The position numbers and the translations under genes are program-made. This document shows, one piece after another, positions 24,576 through 37,670 of a stretch of DNA of 64,000 nucleotides; position 1 is the first letter of the stretch; every line of letters starts with the position of its first letter. The DNA lies in NCBI GenBank assembly GCA_010093705.1, contig MU006121.1:1-64000 (forward strand), in the 5' to 3' direction. The notes under the pieces were generated by a model that saw nothing but the letters and a program-made list of their open reading frames with translations, was not told the DNA's origin and searched no databases. The stretch comes from Patellaria atrata CBS 101060. Lineage: Eukaryota.

Positions 24576-25835
24576 CTAAGGGTGCTCCATCACCCACGTT
24601 CCATTCCGCTTCTTCTCCCTGTACACCCTCGCCCACTCATCCCTCCTCTCCTTCTCAAACCTCCTGCGCTCTTTCTCCTCCTCCCACGTCTTTGCCTTCT
24701 CTAGTTCAAAATCCTCGTTGATCTTCTTCACAATCTGCGGTCCATACTTCCCCTCGCCACCAATGAATGGCAGCATGGGATACATCTCAGAGACCATGCC
24801 GGTCTCCCGCAACTCTTCCATGCGGAGTTTCAGGGTGTACCTCACAAGGCGAGTGCCGTAGTCCCTGCCGAGGATCTTATGCTTTGGCAACTTGAAGCCC
24901 GGGACGGGGTAGAGGTTTAGGGTTCCGTTGAACTCTCGGGTGCCGTTATAAGATTCCTTCGTGGTCCAGAGATGGGGTTGGATGGGGAGGCACTGCGAAG
25001 TTGCGCGTGGTTGGGTTCCATGTTCGACCACTTCGGTATCGACGCCATCGGAAGGAACAGTGCCATTCGATGGAACAGCAACGGATCTACGGACCTTGAG
25101 CTTCTTCGTTGGTCCTTTCTCGTTGCTCCGGTTGTTATCGCCGTTGATCTCGGTACGTGCAAATTGCGTTGGTAATTGAGCACCGTTATCAACAATAGTC
25201 AAACCGTAGACCGAAGCGTTAGTGTCATCTGGACGTTCCTTGCGCTTCCTTGATGATCTGAGGCCTTCAGCCTGTTTAGCCGGTCCGTATTTCGCAAACG
25301 GAACAGTCTGTACGACTTTTGGTGTAGATCGCTCGACCGATTTTAGTTCGACAGTAGCCGTATTCCGTACAGTCTGTGGGAACTTCCGTTGGATTCCTGC
25401 TTCGTCGGCAACGGATACGGCCCGTACAAACTCAGGAGATAACTCACGGACTTGTCCAGGTGTGGGCGGCATTTGTCCCGGTATAGACGAGATATGTCTA
25501 GGTGTAGAGGGCATTTGTACAGGGGTGGAGGGGATTTGCTCAGGTGTGGATGGCACATGTCCAGGTGTCAGTGTCCCTCCTTGCGCGAACGAGGTAAGAA
25601 TGAGAGCAGCTTCCGTGTCACTCCACGGAGGAGGCGTAGAGATTCGATGTTTAGGGGTGGATTTCTCCTGTCCTTTGGGAGGAGGGGGTGTGGGAGTCCG
25701 TCCTTGGGCGAACGAGGTAGGAGTGAGAGCAGCTTCCATATCACTCAAAGGAGGAATTACAGAGCTTTGATGTCGAGGCGTAGACTTCTTCTGTCCTTTG
25801 AGTGGAGGGTTGCCGGGTTGATTTGATTTGGACAT
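24576..25835 (-). CDS. Orphan Pro/Ser/Thr-rich protein with internal repeats and charged C-terminus
   Basis: 419-aa intact ORF, ATG in good context (CCAACATG), TATA-like element at ~25965. No recognised family. Confidence 0.65.
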   Translation of the reverse strand: MSKSNQPGNPPLKGQKKSTPRHQSSVIPPLSDMEAALTPTSFAQGRTPTPPPPKGQEKSTPKHRISTPPPWSDTEAALILTSFAQGGTLTPGHVPSTPEQIPSTPVQMPSTPRHISSIPGQMPPTPGQVRELSPEFVRAVSVADEAGIQRKFPQTVRNTATVELKSVERSTPKVVQTVPFAKYGPAKQAEGLRSSRKRKERPDDTNASVYGLTIVDNGAQLPTQFARTEINGDNNRSNEKGPTKKLKVRRSVAVPSNGTVPSDGVDTEVVEHGTQPRATSQCLPIQPHLWTTKESYNGTREFNGTLNLYPVPGFKLPKHKILGRDYGTRLVRYTLKLRMEELRETGMVSEMYPMLPFIGGEGKYGPQIVKKINEDFELEKAKTWEEEKERRRFEKERRDEWARVYREKKRNGTWVMEHP

Positions 25836-26739
25836 GTTGGTTTGAGAATGAGGATTTAGTGTCGTGGCAAAATTTGAAACCGGCGTAATGGTTGTTGTAG
25901 TTTTGGGGTGGATGTTTATGATGTGTAGTTTGTAGAAGAATGAGGTTGGAAGAAGTTCAGAACGTATATAAATGTAGGATGGAAAGTTACTTGGAAGAGC
26001 TATGCACGTACAATGTAGATTTTTATTGAAGAGGCATTACTTTGGGTGGGAGGATGACCACATTGTTGACTATTAACACAATATTTGTGAAGGTTTGGAT
26101 TGTGATGATCCGATCTAGTTGGTCAAGCGTAATGGTTATCTCTATAAGTGTATTATGAGGATAGGGGTAGTCCGTGAAGTAGGACGGGATGATTACTGCA
26201 AAGTAAGGCAAGAGTTAGGTATGGGATGTTCCATTTCTGGCATCTCTTAATCCATGACTTATTTCCACTTAGCAGAAATTTGGTTCTTGATATAACTTGC
26301 CTTGCGTACGTACAATCACCTTCACCAAGAGAAATTCCAGAACCATTCATCTGACGGCTGTTGGATCAGCGATCTACGTATCATCACAATGTACTCGAAC
26401 AGAATCTCCTCCCTACGTTTTCGCTCCAGCATAGAGATATTTGCGCTTTGTAGAGAGACAGATTGCTGTACAGACATCTGCACCGTATCAAGGGTAAATA
26501 CCCGCGACCAGGTTTTAGGCGACGGTAGATGCTGCATGTATAGTAAGTGGATAGCACTCGACCCAATCGAAGGTTTGGATGGAAGATATCAGGTGTGTTA
26601 AATAAAAACAGCAAGGGTAAAGCAGGATGTTAAAGAATCAAAGACTAATCATATAGGAGAAGATAGATACAAATAGAGGTATAATGCTAACTAGGACGCC
26701 ATAATCAGTACGTCAACAGCGTATATCCACCAATCCTAC

Positions 26740-28682
26740 TTACAACTTCGCTCCAGCCTTCAACTCCTCCCACTGGTCACTACCAAAGCTCACATACCGC
26801 CCATCTTTAAGCCACCAAAGACTCTCACCCTCCCCAAGATCGCACCTACCGGGTTCAACACCTTGACTTCTTAGCTCAGTTTTCTGGTGCTTGTTCGTCC
26901 CCGTAGCCTTTAAATGCCTGACCACACGTATAAAAACTGGCACCGCATATCTCGGCAACTTACCCCTAACATGCGCCCCTAGCGACTCCAGCGTCTTCCC
27001 GATCTTCGCTTCCTCAACATAATCCCGTAGCACAATTGCGGCACACCCAGCCCTGCCATCATGACCCGGTACCTCGACACCATAAACGTTAGCTTCCTTA
27101 ACGTCCACATGGCTACCTAGGATGGCAGAAACCTCGGCCGTAGAGACATTCTCCGATTTCCAGCGGAAGGTGTCGCCCACGCGGTCAAGGAAGTAATAGT
27201 TGTTTTCTTTGTCTCTTTTCACCATGTCGCCAGTGCTGAACCAAGCGTCGCCTTTCCTAAAGACACTACGCAGGATCTTCTTCTCTGTCGCTTCTTTGGA
27301 CTCTCCTGGGCCGAAGTACCCCTGAAAATGACGCTGGACGTCTTCGGGGTTGAGCTTGAAGATAAGTTCGCCCGGTTCTTTGCGTTTACATTGGATACAA
27401 CGTCCTGTACGTGCGTCACGAAGGGGTCGGTAATTCTGATCGAGCTTTATGACAGCTGAGAACCGGGTAGCGATTAGTGAAGCGATCGCGCCGTTTCGCC
27501 CGATCGCAGCTTTGGAAAAATCGTTACGGGATTTGTTCCAGAATCCGGCGACTCCTTCTGTGGCGGCATAGAATTCTGAGATTTGTTCAATGCCGAAGCG
27601 GTCTTTGAACTTGTCCCAGACATCAGGTCGGAGACCATTTCCTAGTGCGGCAAAGACCTTGTGTTGTTTATCGAGTGGGGATGGGGGCGCTGACAAGAGA
27701 TACCGGCATGTCTCACCTACGTACTGGATTATATTTGCCTCCGACTCTCGAACCTCGTTCCAAAAAGACTTGACGCTGAATTTGCGGCCAATGATAATCG
27801 TAGTACCAGCATCCAAAGTTGCGCAGACACCCAGAAGGCTTGCTGACGAATGGTAGAGCGGCATGGATGTGTAGAACCTATCCCCTTGCTTCAATGGCAA
27901 CCATCCAGCAATTATGCGAGCGGAACCTCTGACTTTACTCCAGCTGACAACAGCTGGTTTCGGGAGACCGGTCGTACCGCTCGTATAGATCAGCATGGCC
28001 ATATCCCGGGTGTCCTGACCTTGTCGTTCTTGCGGTGCCGGTTCCTGTCCCTTGGTCTGTTCGATTTCGTTCAGTATCTCGGGTGCCAGAATAGTGATAA
28101 TGACGTCTCTAAGATCCTCGCGTATAGAATCTGTAAATTTTGCTTGAATTTCGGCGTCAACCAGCAGTAGTCGTGCTGAAGAAGCTTTAATGCAATGTAC
28201 CAAAGACGATTCCCTCAAGTTATAATTGATGAAAGCAGGTTTTGCACCGAGAGCCCACAAGCCAAACCATAGCCAAACGAAAGTGTCTGAGTTCAAATGA
28301 TCAATTGCAACTATTTCCCCTTTCTGCACATTATATGCAATCTTGAGCCAAGTGGCATATCTAATAGCATTCTGATACGACTCCTGATAGGTATAAGACT
28401 TGCCGTTGAAAACTAGAAAAGGGGTGTGACGTTGACTGTTAGAACGGGCGTGAGAAGCAAGCACGTTGAAAAAGTTCAATTCATCTTGGGATTGAGCAAT
28501 GGTAGTTTTGATGAAAGCATGACCAAATGCGGCAACAAGGTTAAGATCATAGCTCAGACTGAGCCGAGCGTTGAGGTAAGCAGCAGCAGCTGTAATGGCG
28601 GGTAGAGTGACTGTAAGAGGTATTGCTACGATAGATTAATAGGGAGGACTAGTGTTAAAAGGGACAAGCACGTACATGTCAT
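26740..28682 (-). CDS. FAT1: Fatty acid transport protein / very-long-chain acyl-CoA synthetase (FATP family)
   Basis: Exon 28682-28676, intron 28675-28626, exon 28625-26740. LIYTSGTTGLPK (AMP-binding), MPLYHSS, QYVGETCRYL, GNGLRPDVW, EFYAATEG, DRVGDTFRWKSENVST. Ends in AKL. Confidence 0.93.
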
Positions 28683-29563
28683 TCTGATCGCAACTGGGCC
28701 TCTTTTGGTCTTATCTGATTCTGGCCCAAAATTAACGGAAGACAATGTTTCTTTTCAAGGTGGAGACATGATCGACTCATTTACTATCTGACCGGGCCCA
28801 GATTTTAAGAGTCAAGTGAGCGTTTGAACAAGAAGATATTAAGCATGACAATCACTGGAGTGTTATTTTGCAAAGAAGGTGTTCGCAGAATTGGAGTTGC
28901 ACTTGGGTTGGAGAGATGAGGGAGATGAAGCCGAGGCTCAAGGTTTACACAATTACTGTACGGAGTAAGGTATAGTACAATAAGAATAATGATTACCAAG
29001 CCACTAGATCTGTAACCGTCGTGCGTTTCGTATCGAATATAGACTATTAGGTTATTGGACTCGTTAAGCAGATTATACACTCCTCGCTAAGTTCTTAGAA
29101 CTCCTCTCACAGTCTCACTGACCATTCGGACCGCAAGCGAGCAAGTGGATTGAAATGCACATATGGCAGGACTGCAAGGGAACTAGAATTTCATAAAGGT
29201 CACCTCCTTGCGTTATCTGGAATATTAAGTATCATACAATACTGCAAATCTCCGTCCGTCCTCTATCCAGAGTACAGTATTTGCATTACAAGCAAATCGA
29301 AACGCCATGACCCTATTCTGACCCAATACCTTAACCCATAGAGACACCAAGTCACCAAGGGCACCTTCGCGTAAAGTGAACAGGGATGGTCCCCAATTGC
29401 TACCGCCCTCATCAAAGGAAGGTTACCTTAGAACTAACCACCCAGTCGTCGAAAGTAGAAAACGCCGTTGCACATCTTTTAGGACCGAGGACGCCGAAGA
29501 ACACTAATGCTAGATCAGAAACCTCCAATTTCGATACATACACCCTCAATATACGCGAATCCG

Positions 29564-32115
29564 CTACTTCTGATTTTCAGAAGCAGGTATATCCGCAGGT
29601 GTAGGTGCTACAGCCGCTGGTTGAGAAACTTTTGGCGCTTCCATTTCTGCTTCGCTCACCAGTGTCGGCGCAATCCTTCTTTTCTTGTTCGTCTTCCCAT
29701 CTCCCTTTTCCGCAATTGCTTCAGCTTCTCGTTTCTTTGGCGATCTAGGCGTCTCTGATGCCTCACTTTCTGATTCTTTCCTCTGTTGTATTGGGATGTT
29801 ACCGCCAACTGAACTGGCTGCACTGTGTCCTCCAGGCATCGGAGTCATGGGTGGAGTCCACATCGGCATCCCTCCTATCGATCCAGAATTCGTTGCTGCT
29901 ACTCCCGGAATTGTGCTGACGGCTGGAGTCGGGTTATTTGCTATAATACCTTGCTGAGTTTGAATAAATGACGACTCAGTTGCGATTGATGACGTCGACA
30001 TCGATCTTGCCGGACTGGTGGGTCTATTGGGAGCGAATGATGACGGAGATGCCGGGAACGCTGCTGGTGGCAGCTTGGCTTGTGTCGGCATGCTCGAGGA
30101 GGTTGGCGTTGGCGTGGGAGTGGATTGGGCTGATGATGCTGCTGCCGTGTTGATGAAGGTTGGGTGTGACTTTGTTGACTCTGTTATCCGCTGACCCAGT
30201 TCTCCTGGAGCAAATGTGAGGCATGAACAAAAGCCATCAGATGAGGTCATAAGCAGAGTATTGCCATCGTTGGACCTATGATTGATGAGCGAATAGCGTT
30301 TCAGGAACAGAGACAAATTGAGCTTACCAGGTCAAGTCCGTGAAGGTCGCAAAATGTAAGTTGCTCACAACGCAAATTGGTGTGAACTGCTGTGTATCGT
30401 GGATGTAGATTGCATCTTGAGTTGCAACCGCATACACGATTCTATGGGGTAAGTCAAATGCGGATTGTGGTCCAGCAGGTAAATCACTAGATGTCCCGGA
30501 AGTTGATTCTGGATCTACAGTCTTCGGCGACGGTGCAGCCATACTTGGTGAAGGTGAAGGTGCACTCGTAAACGGGGGAGGTTCCATAGTTGACTTGGAA
30601 ACAGGTGGTTTCGACTGGAATGCCGGTTCAGGCAAAGCAGGAATTTCGTCCTCCGCAGAGGAAGTATCAACAGTGATTTGCTTCGTCGGCAAGGTGGATG
30701 AGTTTGGTCTCAACGTGTATAGCACCGGCGAACATTTGACCGCAATCGATGGCTTCTTGTGGCCCGGAAGATGAGCTACGGGAGTTTTGTTTAAGCCAGC
30801 GCGAGTATAGATATATACCGTATTTTGAATTTCATCTGAACCCTTCGGTGGCTCTCCCTGCGTAGGTCGTACTGTTTTATACTGGCCCGCAGGTGTGAAC
30901 AAAAGACTTCCATCTGGCGAGAAGGTAAGTCTGCGAAAGAATGACGTTAATGTCTCATTGTAGTAGATATTGGTATTTCGCACACCGAGAGTAGCATGAA
31001 TATTGGGGGAGGTTGACGGCATGACAGCTGGTAACGGCATTGATGCGGCTGGTGACATAGACCGACGCACCGATGCTGATGATCCGAATGAGGATCGTCT
31101 GCTAGCCGATGTTCGAGGGGGGTTCATGGGCATAGGGAGAGCAAGGGAATTTGGAGTCCCAGGAGCTGAAGGTACCGGAGAGCCTACAGCAAGAGTTGAG
31201 CTATCGGAGACGAAAGAAGCTCTATTGAAGTCGGCTGGTGCTGGGCTGTGGGAGGATATACGGCGAGCAGGTAAATCCATCTTGGAAACCTTGTGTGGGT
31301 TCCCAAGGACGAAAGACCCATCTTGTGTGGTGAGTTTTGCGATGTGAACCGATCGATCCGAAGACTGTGTCGCAATGTACTCATTTTTGGGATCCCAAGC
31401 GACGCCTTGTACGAAGTGGTTGTGTTCCGCAATTTGCCGTACCGTTTGGCCTGAGGATATGAAATTCAGTCATAGACTCGAGGCAATCGAGACGATTCGC
31501 CTACCTGTATGTGCATCATATATTCTCGTTACGTTATCCGTGCTTCCGGTCATGAAAAACTTTCCATCAGGGGCCCAAGCGAGATCGTAGATTTCACAAC
31601 TTGTATTTGACCGGCACATGTGCTTGACCCTCCATTTTTCTTTGTCTTCTAATCCATCTTCTTCAAAGTTTGATGATACCGACTGATTTTCTGAAGGGAC
31701 CCAGAGGAGGACATTGCCGTCATCTCCTGCGCTTGCAAGAGTTTCACCTACTTGGTTGTGAGAAGCTGTTGCTCGTGCAGCAAAAGGTAGGGTATGGGGT
31801 AAATGGTACCTCGAGGGCTCCACCGAACCACATTGACTGCTTGAGTATGTTTCACTAATGTAGATAGATAGACCACTTTCCTGTCTTCTCCGGTACTTTC
31901 TATCCTCCAAAGCTGGTGCAGATGGTCAGCTTCGAGTTCAATGAGCGGAGAGTTCCTGGAGCTTGGTGTTAGAGCTAGAACGAACGACGCACCCTAACAT
32001 TATTGTCACCTCCAGCAGTTGCTAGACGTCCCTTCCCATGGGGAGGTTCAAAATGAGCGGAGTATATTGGGGTGTTCTCGTTATGCCACGATACCAGCAG
32101 GGCGGTGGCTTTCAT
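29564..32115 (-). CDS. CAC2: Chromatin assembly factor 1 subunit B (p60/Cac2), WD40 repeats
   Basis: Exons 32115-31993, 31912-31810, 31747-31505, 31450-30328, 30275-29564. LATAGGDNNVR, HTQAVNVVRW, LASAGDDG, EIYDLAW, EHNHFVQGVAWDP, SFFRRLTFSPDG, NLHFATFTDLTW, and C-terminal KKRRIAPT (B-domain-like, Asf1 binding). Confidence 0.94.
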
Positions 32116-32570
32116 CGCGGACACGCTTCCTGCCGCTCAGCAGTGGAAGGTGGGCAATTGTTTGATGATGGATGGTGATGTAGAAATTTGAAAGAGTGCA
32201 ATGAGGAGTTGAAGTGTAGAGGGAGGTTGTATTGGGAGATTTCTGAAGCTTGAGAAGTTGAGAAGGTTGGTGCGGAGTCAATAATAAGTGGGAGCTTGGA
32301 TGGATGGGGTTTCGATGAGGTGAGGACGGATGGTGGTTGCAGTTTCTCTTACTAGCAGCACTTTGAAGTAACAATGACCAGCCCTTGCACACGCCCGCCG
32401 CGACAGCCGTAGAATTACCCTTCACCTTCAATGCCCGTGGAATTAAATGAGCAATTGAACTTATCAACGATATATTAAGATTAAAAGGTAATACACTTCC
32501 CATGCGCTACTCTATAGAAGTTCAATTTAGCAATCCATCATCTTGTACCTGTTTGTAGGTAGAGAGTGGA

Positions 32571-32594
32571 GGGGGGGGGGGGGGAAACGCGAAA
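32571..32594 (+). promoter_or_regulatory. G14 run next to an MCB/SCB-like ACGCGAAA element upstream of CAC2
   Basis: 14 consecutive G followed by ACGCGAAA at 32587-32594. Confidence 0.4.
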
Positions 32595-33190
32595 ATGCAT
32601 CTGTGACTAGGCGATTTTTGGAAGCATGATTGCTTCTTCTATTTGTTACCTACTACTCCGTACAAAGTTATCAACTGGTCACATCCTGTCGCCGTTTCAG
32701 GCCCAGAAACATACAACACACTGGACATGCTTAATGGAAACTCTTACTTACCATTTTAGAACTCGAGGTTCCGTTCCCTCTCTGATTTGTCAAAGCAAAC
32801 CGGTACGGTTACTTTATGAAACAGTCTTTCGCTTCACTGTAAGGTATAGAAGCACTAACCTACAATAACCAGGGTAAGTAGTAAAAGCATCACGTTAAGT
32901 GTTTAAGAAAATCTTTCAAACTTAAGGTTTGGTGGATATTATACCAATTCATGTACAGTAAGCCCATCGAGTACGGACACTTACCGTAGGGAAACATCAC
33001 AAGGGGAGAGATGCAGTATAGTCTTCCTAATCAACAAACATTTTTCCAGCTAAACCTTGCTGTAAAACACTTATATTGAGAATCAAAAGAGCGGGAGATA
33101 TTATCTAGTACAGTATTGTACAACAGTCGCTTCGCTGAACCGAACTGCCCTGTACTGTGCTGTGTATGACCCTAACTGGTCGTTCTTCTA

Positions 33191-35069
33191 TCAATCTGCA
33201 ATAATATCCATCAGCTCGACATTCGGCACAACGAATGGCTGGACTTTATTGCGAGTCATCGTTCTCTGTTCGAAGGCATATGCAAAACCGATGAGCTGTG
33301 CCTCACTCCATTTTCGGCCCAAAAACGAGATACCGAATGGTACCTGAGGTCCCGTAGCCACGAGATCGCCTCTCCTATTCATGACAACTTCTGCGTCAAA
33401 AGAATAGAACCCTAGCGGTACGGTGATGACTGGGGCACCAACCAAAGCCGGCACGCCAGCAGCATAACTAGTTGGAAGGATAATAGCGTCTAGATTGTCT
33501 CGATCGAGGGCTCCTAACACACCACCCTCACCGCCGAAGTAAAGATTCTGTTGATATTGCTCCCAGAACTCTGGCGCTGTGTTGTTCCAGCCCAAGGAGA
33601 GTGACGTCTCCCAGATGTCTGTGTTACGATCCGGATATTCTTCCAACGGAAATCCTTTCGTCCACTCATTCAATGATTCGAGATCCGTGATGTTGTTTGG
33701 ATTTGACGTCAATTGGTCAAGATACTGTTTGAGGTTGTTGATAAAATCGGCGTAAATGACATTGCTAGAGTTGGAATCCCTATATTCCTGGAATGCCGTG
33801 TAGTTTGCATTTTCAACGATTGTTGCACCAGCTGCCTTGAGAATCTCAAGGCTATCATAGAATGCTTCAACTTCCGGATTAGATGGGTTTGCGGCACTAC
33901 TCATGTAGATCTCAATAACGTTACTCGGGACGCCTAGTCTAACACCAGAGAGGGCAGAAAAGTTACAGAACGATGGGTAATAAGGAATTGTACCGTTATT
34001 AGGAATTGCCGATGTGTAGTTGTCCCTTGGGTCGACACCAGCGATTGCGTGCAAAATGTAAGCGGCATCCTTAACAGTGCGAGCCATTGGTCCTACCGTA
34101 TCTTGATGTTCTGAGATTGGAATAACAAGGCTACGAGAAGTGAGTCCAACCGTCGGCTTAATTCCAACGACGTTGTTTCTGTTAGAAGGGGACAGGATAG
34201 ATCCCGATGTCTATGCCAGCAGTCAGAGTCAATAAACTGTCATGCAATATGACTTCAAACGCACCTCTGTCCCTAGAGAAGCCAGAGCAAGACCAAGTGC
34301 AGAAGCAACGCCACTACCACTGGAGCTGCCGCTCGGGTCTTGATGGGGATGGTATGCTGCATAGACCTGGCCGCCGTATCCGCTCCAGCCATTACTTGAG
34401 TTCGTTGACCTAAAATTTGCCCACTCGCTCAAGCCAAGTTTTCCGAGAATGACCATTCCAGATTCACGTAATTTGGCCGCCATGTGCGAGTCTCGTGGAA
34501 CCTCCGCTCCCACCAACGCCCAAGAGCCAGCTGTAACCGTCAGTACGTGGAGTACTATGAAACATGAATCACTAACCGGTATTGTTCATCTTGTCGGAGG
34601 TGGCGATGTTGTTCTTGATAAGAATGGGAATTCCATGCAAAGGGCTATCAGGCGCCGGTGTTAACACTACGACTATCGGTAATACGGACTCTGCGAATAG
34701 CATACCCTCTCAAGGTGCCATTAGCTCTTTCAGTATCCAGTACTTCTGCTATAGATAATGCATCTGGATTCAACTCCGTGACAACGTTCAAAGTGCTGTT
34801 GACCTGACGAATCCTCGCAGTGTATGCATTAACTAAGTCTACACTGCTGAACAGGCCGCTTTCAAGCCCCTGAGCGAGGTCTTCCACAGTGACATCTATG
34901 AGTTTAGGGAACGTCACGTTCCCAGCTAACCGTTGCTGAGCATAGTTCAAGGGAATGGACGGAAGACAAGGCACTTACATGAAACGTACGATAGGCTACA
35001 TGATACCAATTCACTACCTATAACGGTAGTGGCAATAACACGGAAAACGCTGCGAAGGAATTGATGCAT
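33191..35069 (-). CDS. Amidase signature (AS) family amidase, possibly secreted
   Basis: Exons 35069-34979, 34925-34706, 34644-34577, 34530-34265, 34210-33191. GPLHGIPILIKNNI (catalytic Lys), LSEWANFRS, PSGSSSGS, GTETSGSILSP, GIKPTVGLTSR, QDTVGPMARTV. Confidence 0.93.
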
Positions 35070-35957
35070 CTTGGGAAGTTGCGGAATAGGAGGGAATATG
35101 CAAGGAACAGAGAAGCACTTGAAAACAATTCTAGAGCTACAGGGGCGGGCGGTCTGAGTTATATAACTTCTCCGTTAGTTAATAAGAAGAGTAGGAAATA
35201 AGAGACCTTATGATGGTGACACAAAAGTGCTTGACTCCTCGGAGCAAAACTAAGGACGTCATATTCATGATTCGATAAATATTGTTTCAACTAAAAGAGA
35301 TATAGCATTGCGTCAATAGACGTAGTTAAAAATGCTAAAAGTAGAGTAACAAGACCTACAGAAGCCATGGAAAAGTGCAATCAACGGCAATTGGATAGGA
35401 GTACCAATTCTCCACAACTAGGTGTCGCGGCTACATATCTATCAGTATACAGGACCGTATCAGTGCACAGTTTTACAGTATGAAGACTCTCGTCATGCCG
35501 TGCCCGCAAGCCTACCTTATCTGGTGTCCCTGGTAAAAAGGTGCCTGAGAAGGGAAAGAGTCTTGGGACTAGATAAGGAAGGTGCTACACGAATCGAGTA
35601 TCTTGGCGATAAAAAGCATCAGTCACGTGAAGTAGACGCCAACAACGTTCAAGAAATCCTATCGAGGTAATATGTTATTGAATGCTTCCCTTTTACTTTT
35701 CCCGCTGTTCTTAATAGTCGTTTCATTTAGAAGCAATAACCGCAGAGAAAAAAAAAATCGACAATTTCATACATATCGTTTTGAGTGTATCACACTCATA
35801 TGCTACGCCAATTGGTATCGAGCTCAAACAGCGTCCGTAACCCAACTTTATGTGCAAGAAGATGGAGACAGCCGTGATAATACACGTCCATTAGAACCGT
35901 AAACGCCAAGCAACCCGAGATAATGCTTCCAAAGTAGAAGAAGGAAATGTAGCTTTT

Positions 35958-37670
35958 CTAATACAAATTTCCATGGGGCGGAGGCTGCGATGTCTGTTCA
36001 ACCCTGGAAGGCGCTCCCTGTGATGACGGCGAAGTCACCACGGTTGTTGGAATATTCCTTGGCCCAGTCTCTATATTACCGGGAGAATTCGGATGCGGTG
36101 CTTCCTGGGAGTGGACTGAAGGGAGTTGTGGTGCCGTCTGGGATTGATAGGAAATGTCTGATCCGCGGTCATAAACACCTTGGGCATGACTTCCCGTGAG
36201 AGTATATTGTGGATTAAGCTCATAGCTTTCCTCCTCTTCGGATGATGACTCCCAATACCCGTCATTAAGTGTAGTTCCCTGGTTTCTAGAAGAAAATGGA
36301 TTCGTGGGAGGTAGATTTGCCTCGCTGCTCCCAAGTCCCGATCCTTCCCGCCGCCGTTGCGTCTCTGATATCTGTTGTCTGAACACATTTCCTCCATGTT
36401 CCTCCGGTGTTACTCTGGAAGTAGAATATGCGCCGTCCCGAGCCTCGACGTCCATTGGCGCTGGAGCCCGCCGAAGAGGCTCAATGCTTTCATCAGGTCT
36501 AAGATCAGCTGGTGGCGCTTGTGGCTCCTTTCCCCAAGCACGTATCGGATATGCCCTACCCTTTCGCCAGGTTTCAGAAACCGGTGGGAAGTATTGTCGA
36601 TAAGAGCCCCACGCAACAAGCATACCAAGCGCGCTGCCAGAAAGAACATCAAAAGGATGGTGTCGTGCGTCCATGATACGACTTCCCGCGATCAGGGAGG
36701 CGCCGAGGGAAGGTATGATGACAATAAAAGATTTCCATACCTCACCCTTTGAATCTAGGACATGTAGTTTTGCTGCCAGGTATATGGATAGGTAAAACAG
36801 TCCAGCGAAAGCAGCTAGAAATCTTAGTAAGATATGCAAAGAAATTCGGGACTTGGCCTTACTTACTACTACTATGTCCAGAGGGAAAGCTTCTAAAGCC
36901 ATCTTTCAATATGTGATTGTCCGTCTGGGTACATACTGTATGATTGACCAAGCCCCAAGGTGTAGGATCTTGCATGACATTCGGTTGACATCTGTCAATG
37001 AGATCTGGTCTAGGTTTACCGATCGCGTTCTTCAAAGCACCTGTTCTCTGTCTTAGCTTTGATTCTCAACCCAACTCAGATAATATCCTACCCGTAACTG
37101 TAAAAGCAGCTCCAACAGACAAGAACAAGCCGAGTATACCGCAATTGAGTTCCCACAATCTATCCTTAAAACGATATCTACCCGCTAACTTCCTCCTAAA
37201 ACCCGAACCCGGGACGGATGGTTGATGCGAGAAAATGCCATCAATAACCAAGGTATAAATAGCAATGACCACTGCGGGGACAAAGCAGACAAGGACGACG
37301 AGCTCAGGGACAGGTATCCGCTCGTGGACGGCATATTTGTATTGTAGCGTATAATTACGCAAGGAGAATTCTTGGTGGAAGGGTTCAACAGCATCAATAG
37401 CTGTAAATGCGGCGATTAGGATGCTGGTGGTTGCAATGTCAGCGTGCAATCGATTAGGGTAGGAGGTCGCGTGCGATTTTGAAGGGATCATGTGTCTCTC
37501 ATGGCAAGAAACTTACAATATTATAACATAGTCAAATAAGTATCTATCTATATTAGCGCTTGTGTGTCCAGCCGGGGTTATGATATTTCCTAAACCTACG
37601 AGAGTATTACTTTGACAGGGAGCTTTTTCTTCGAGAATGGCAATTTCTGGGTGATGGAGAAACGATCCAT
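35958..37670 (-). CDS. PAP2-family lipid phosphate phosphatase (DPP1/LPP1-like) with long disordered C-terminal tail
   Basis: Exons 37670-37600, 37543-37517 (27 nt), 37423-37092, 37040-36867, 36814-35958. Three PAP2 motifs: KNAIGKPRPD, SFPSGH, SRIMDARHHPFDV. Confidence 0.92.
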
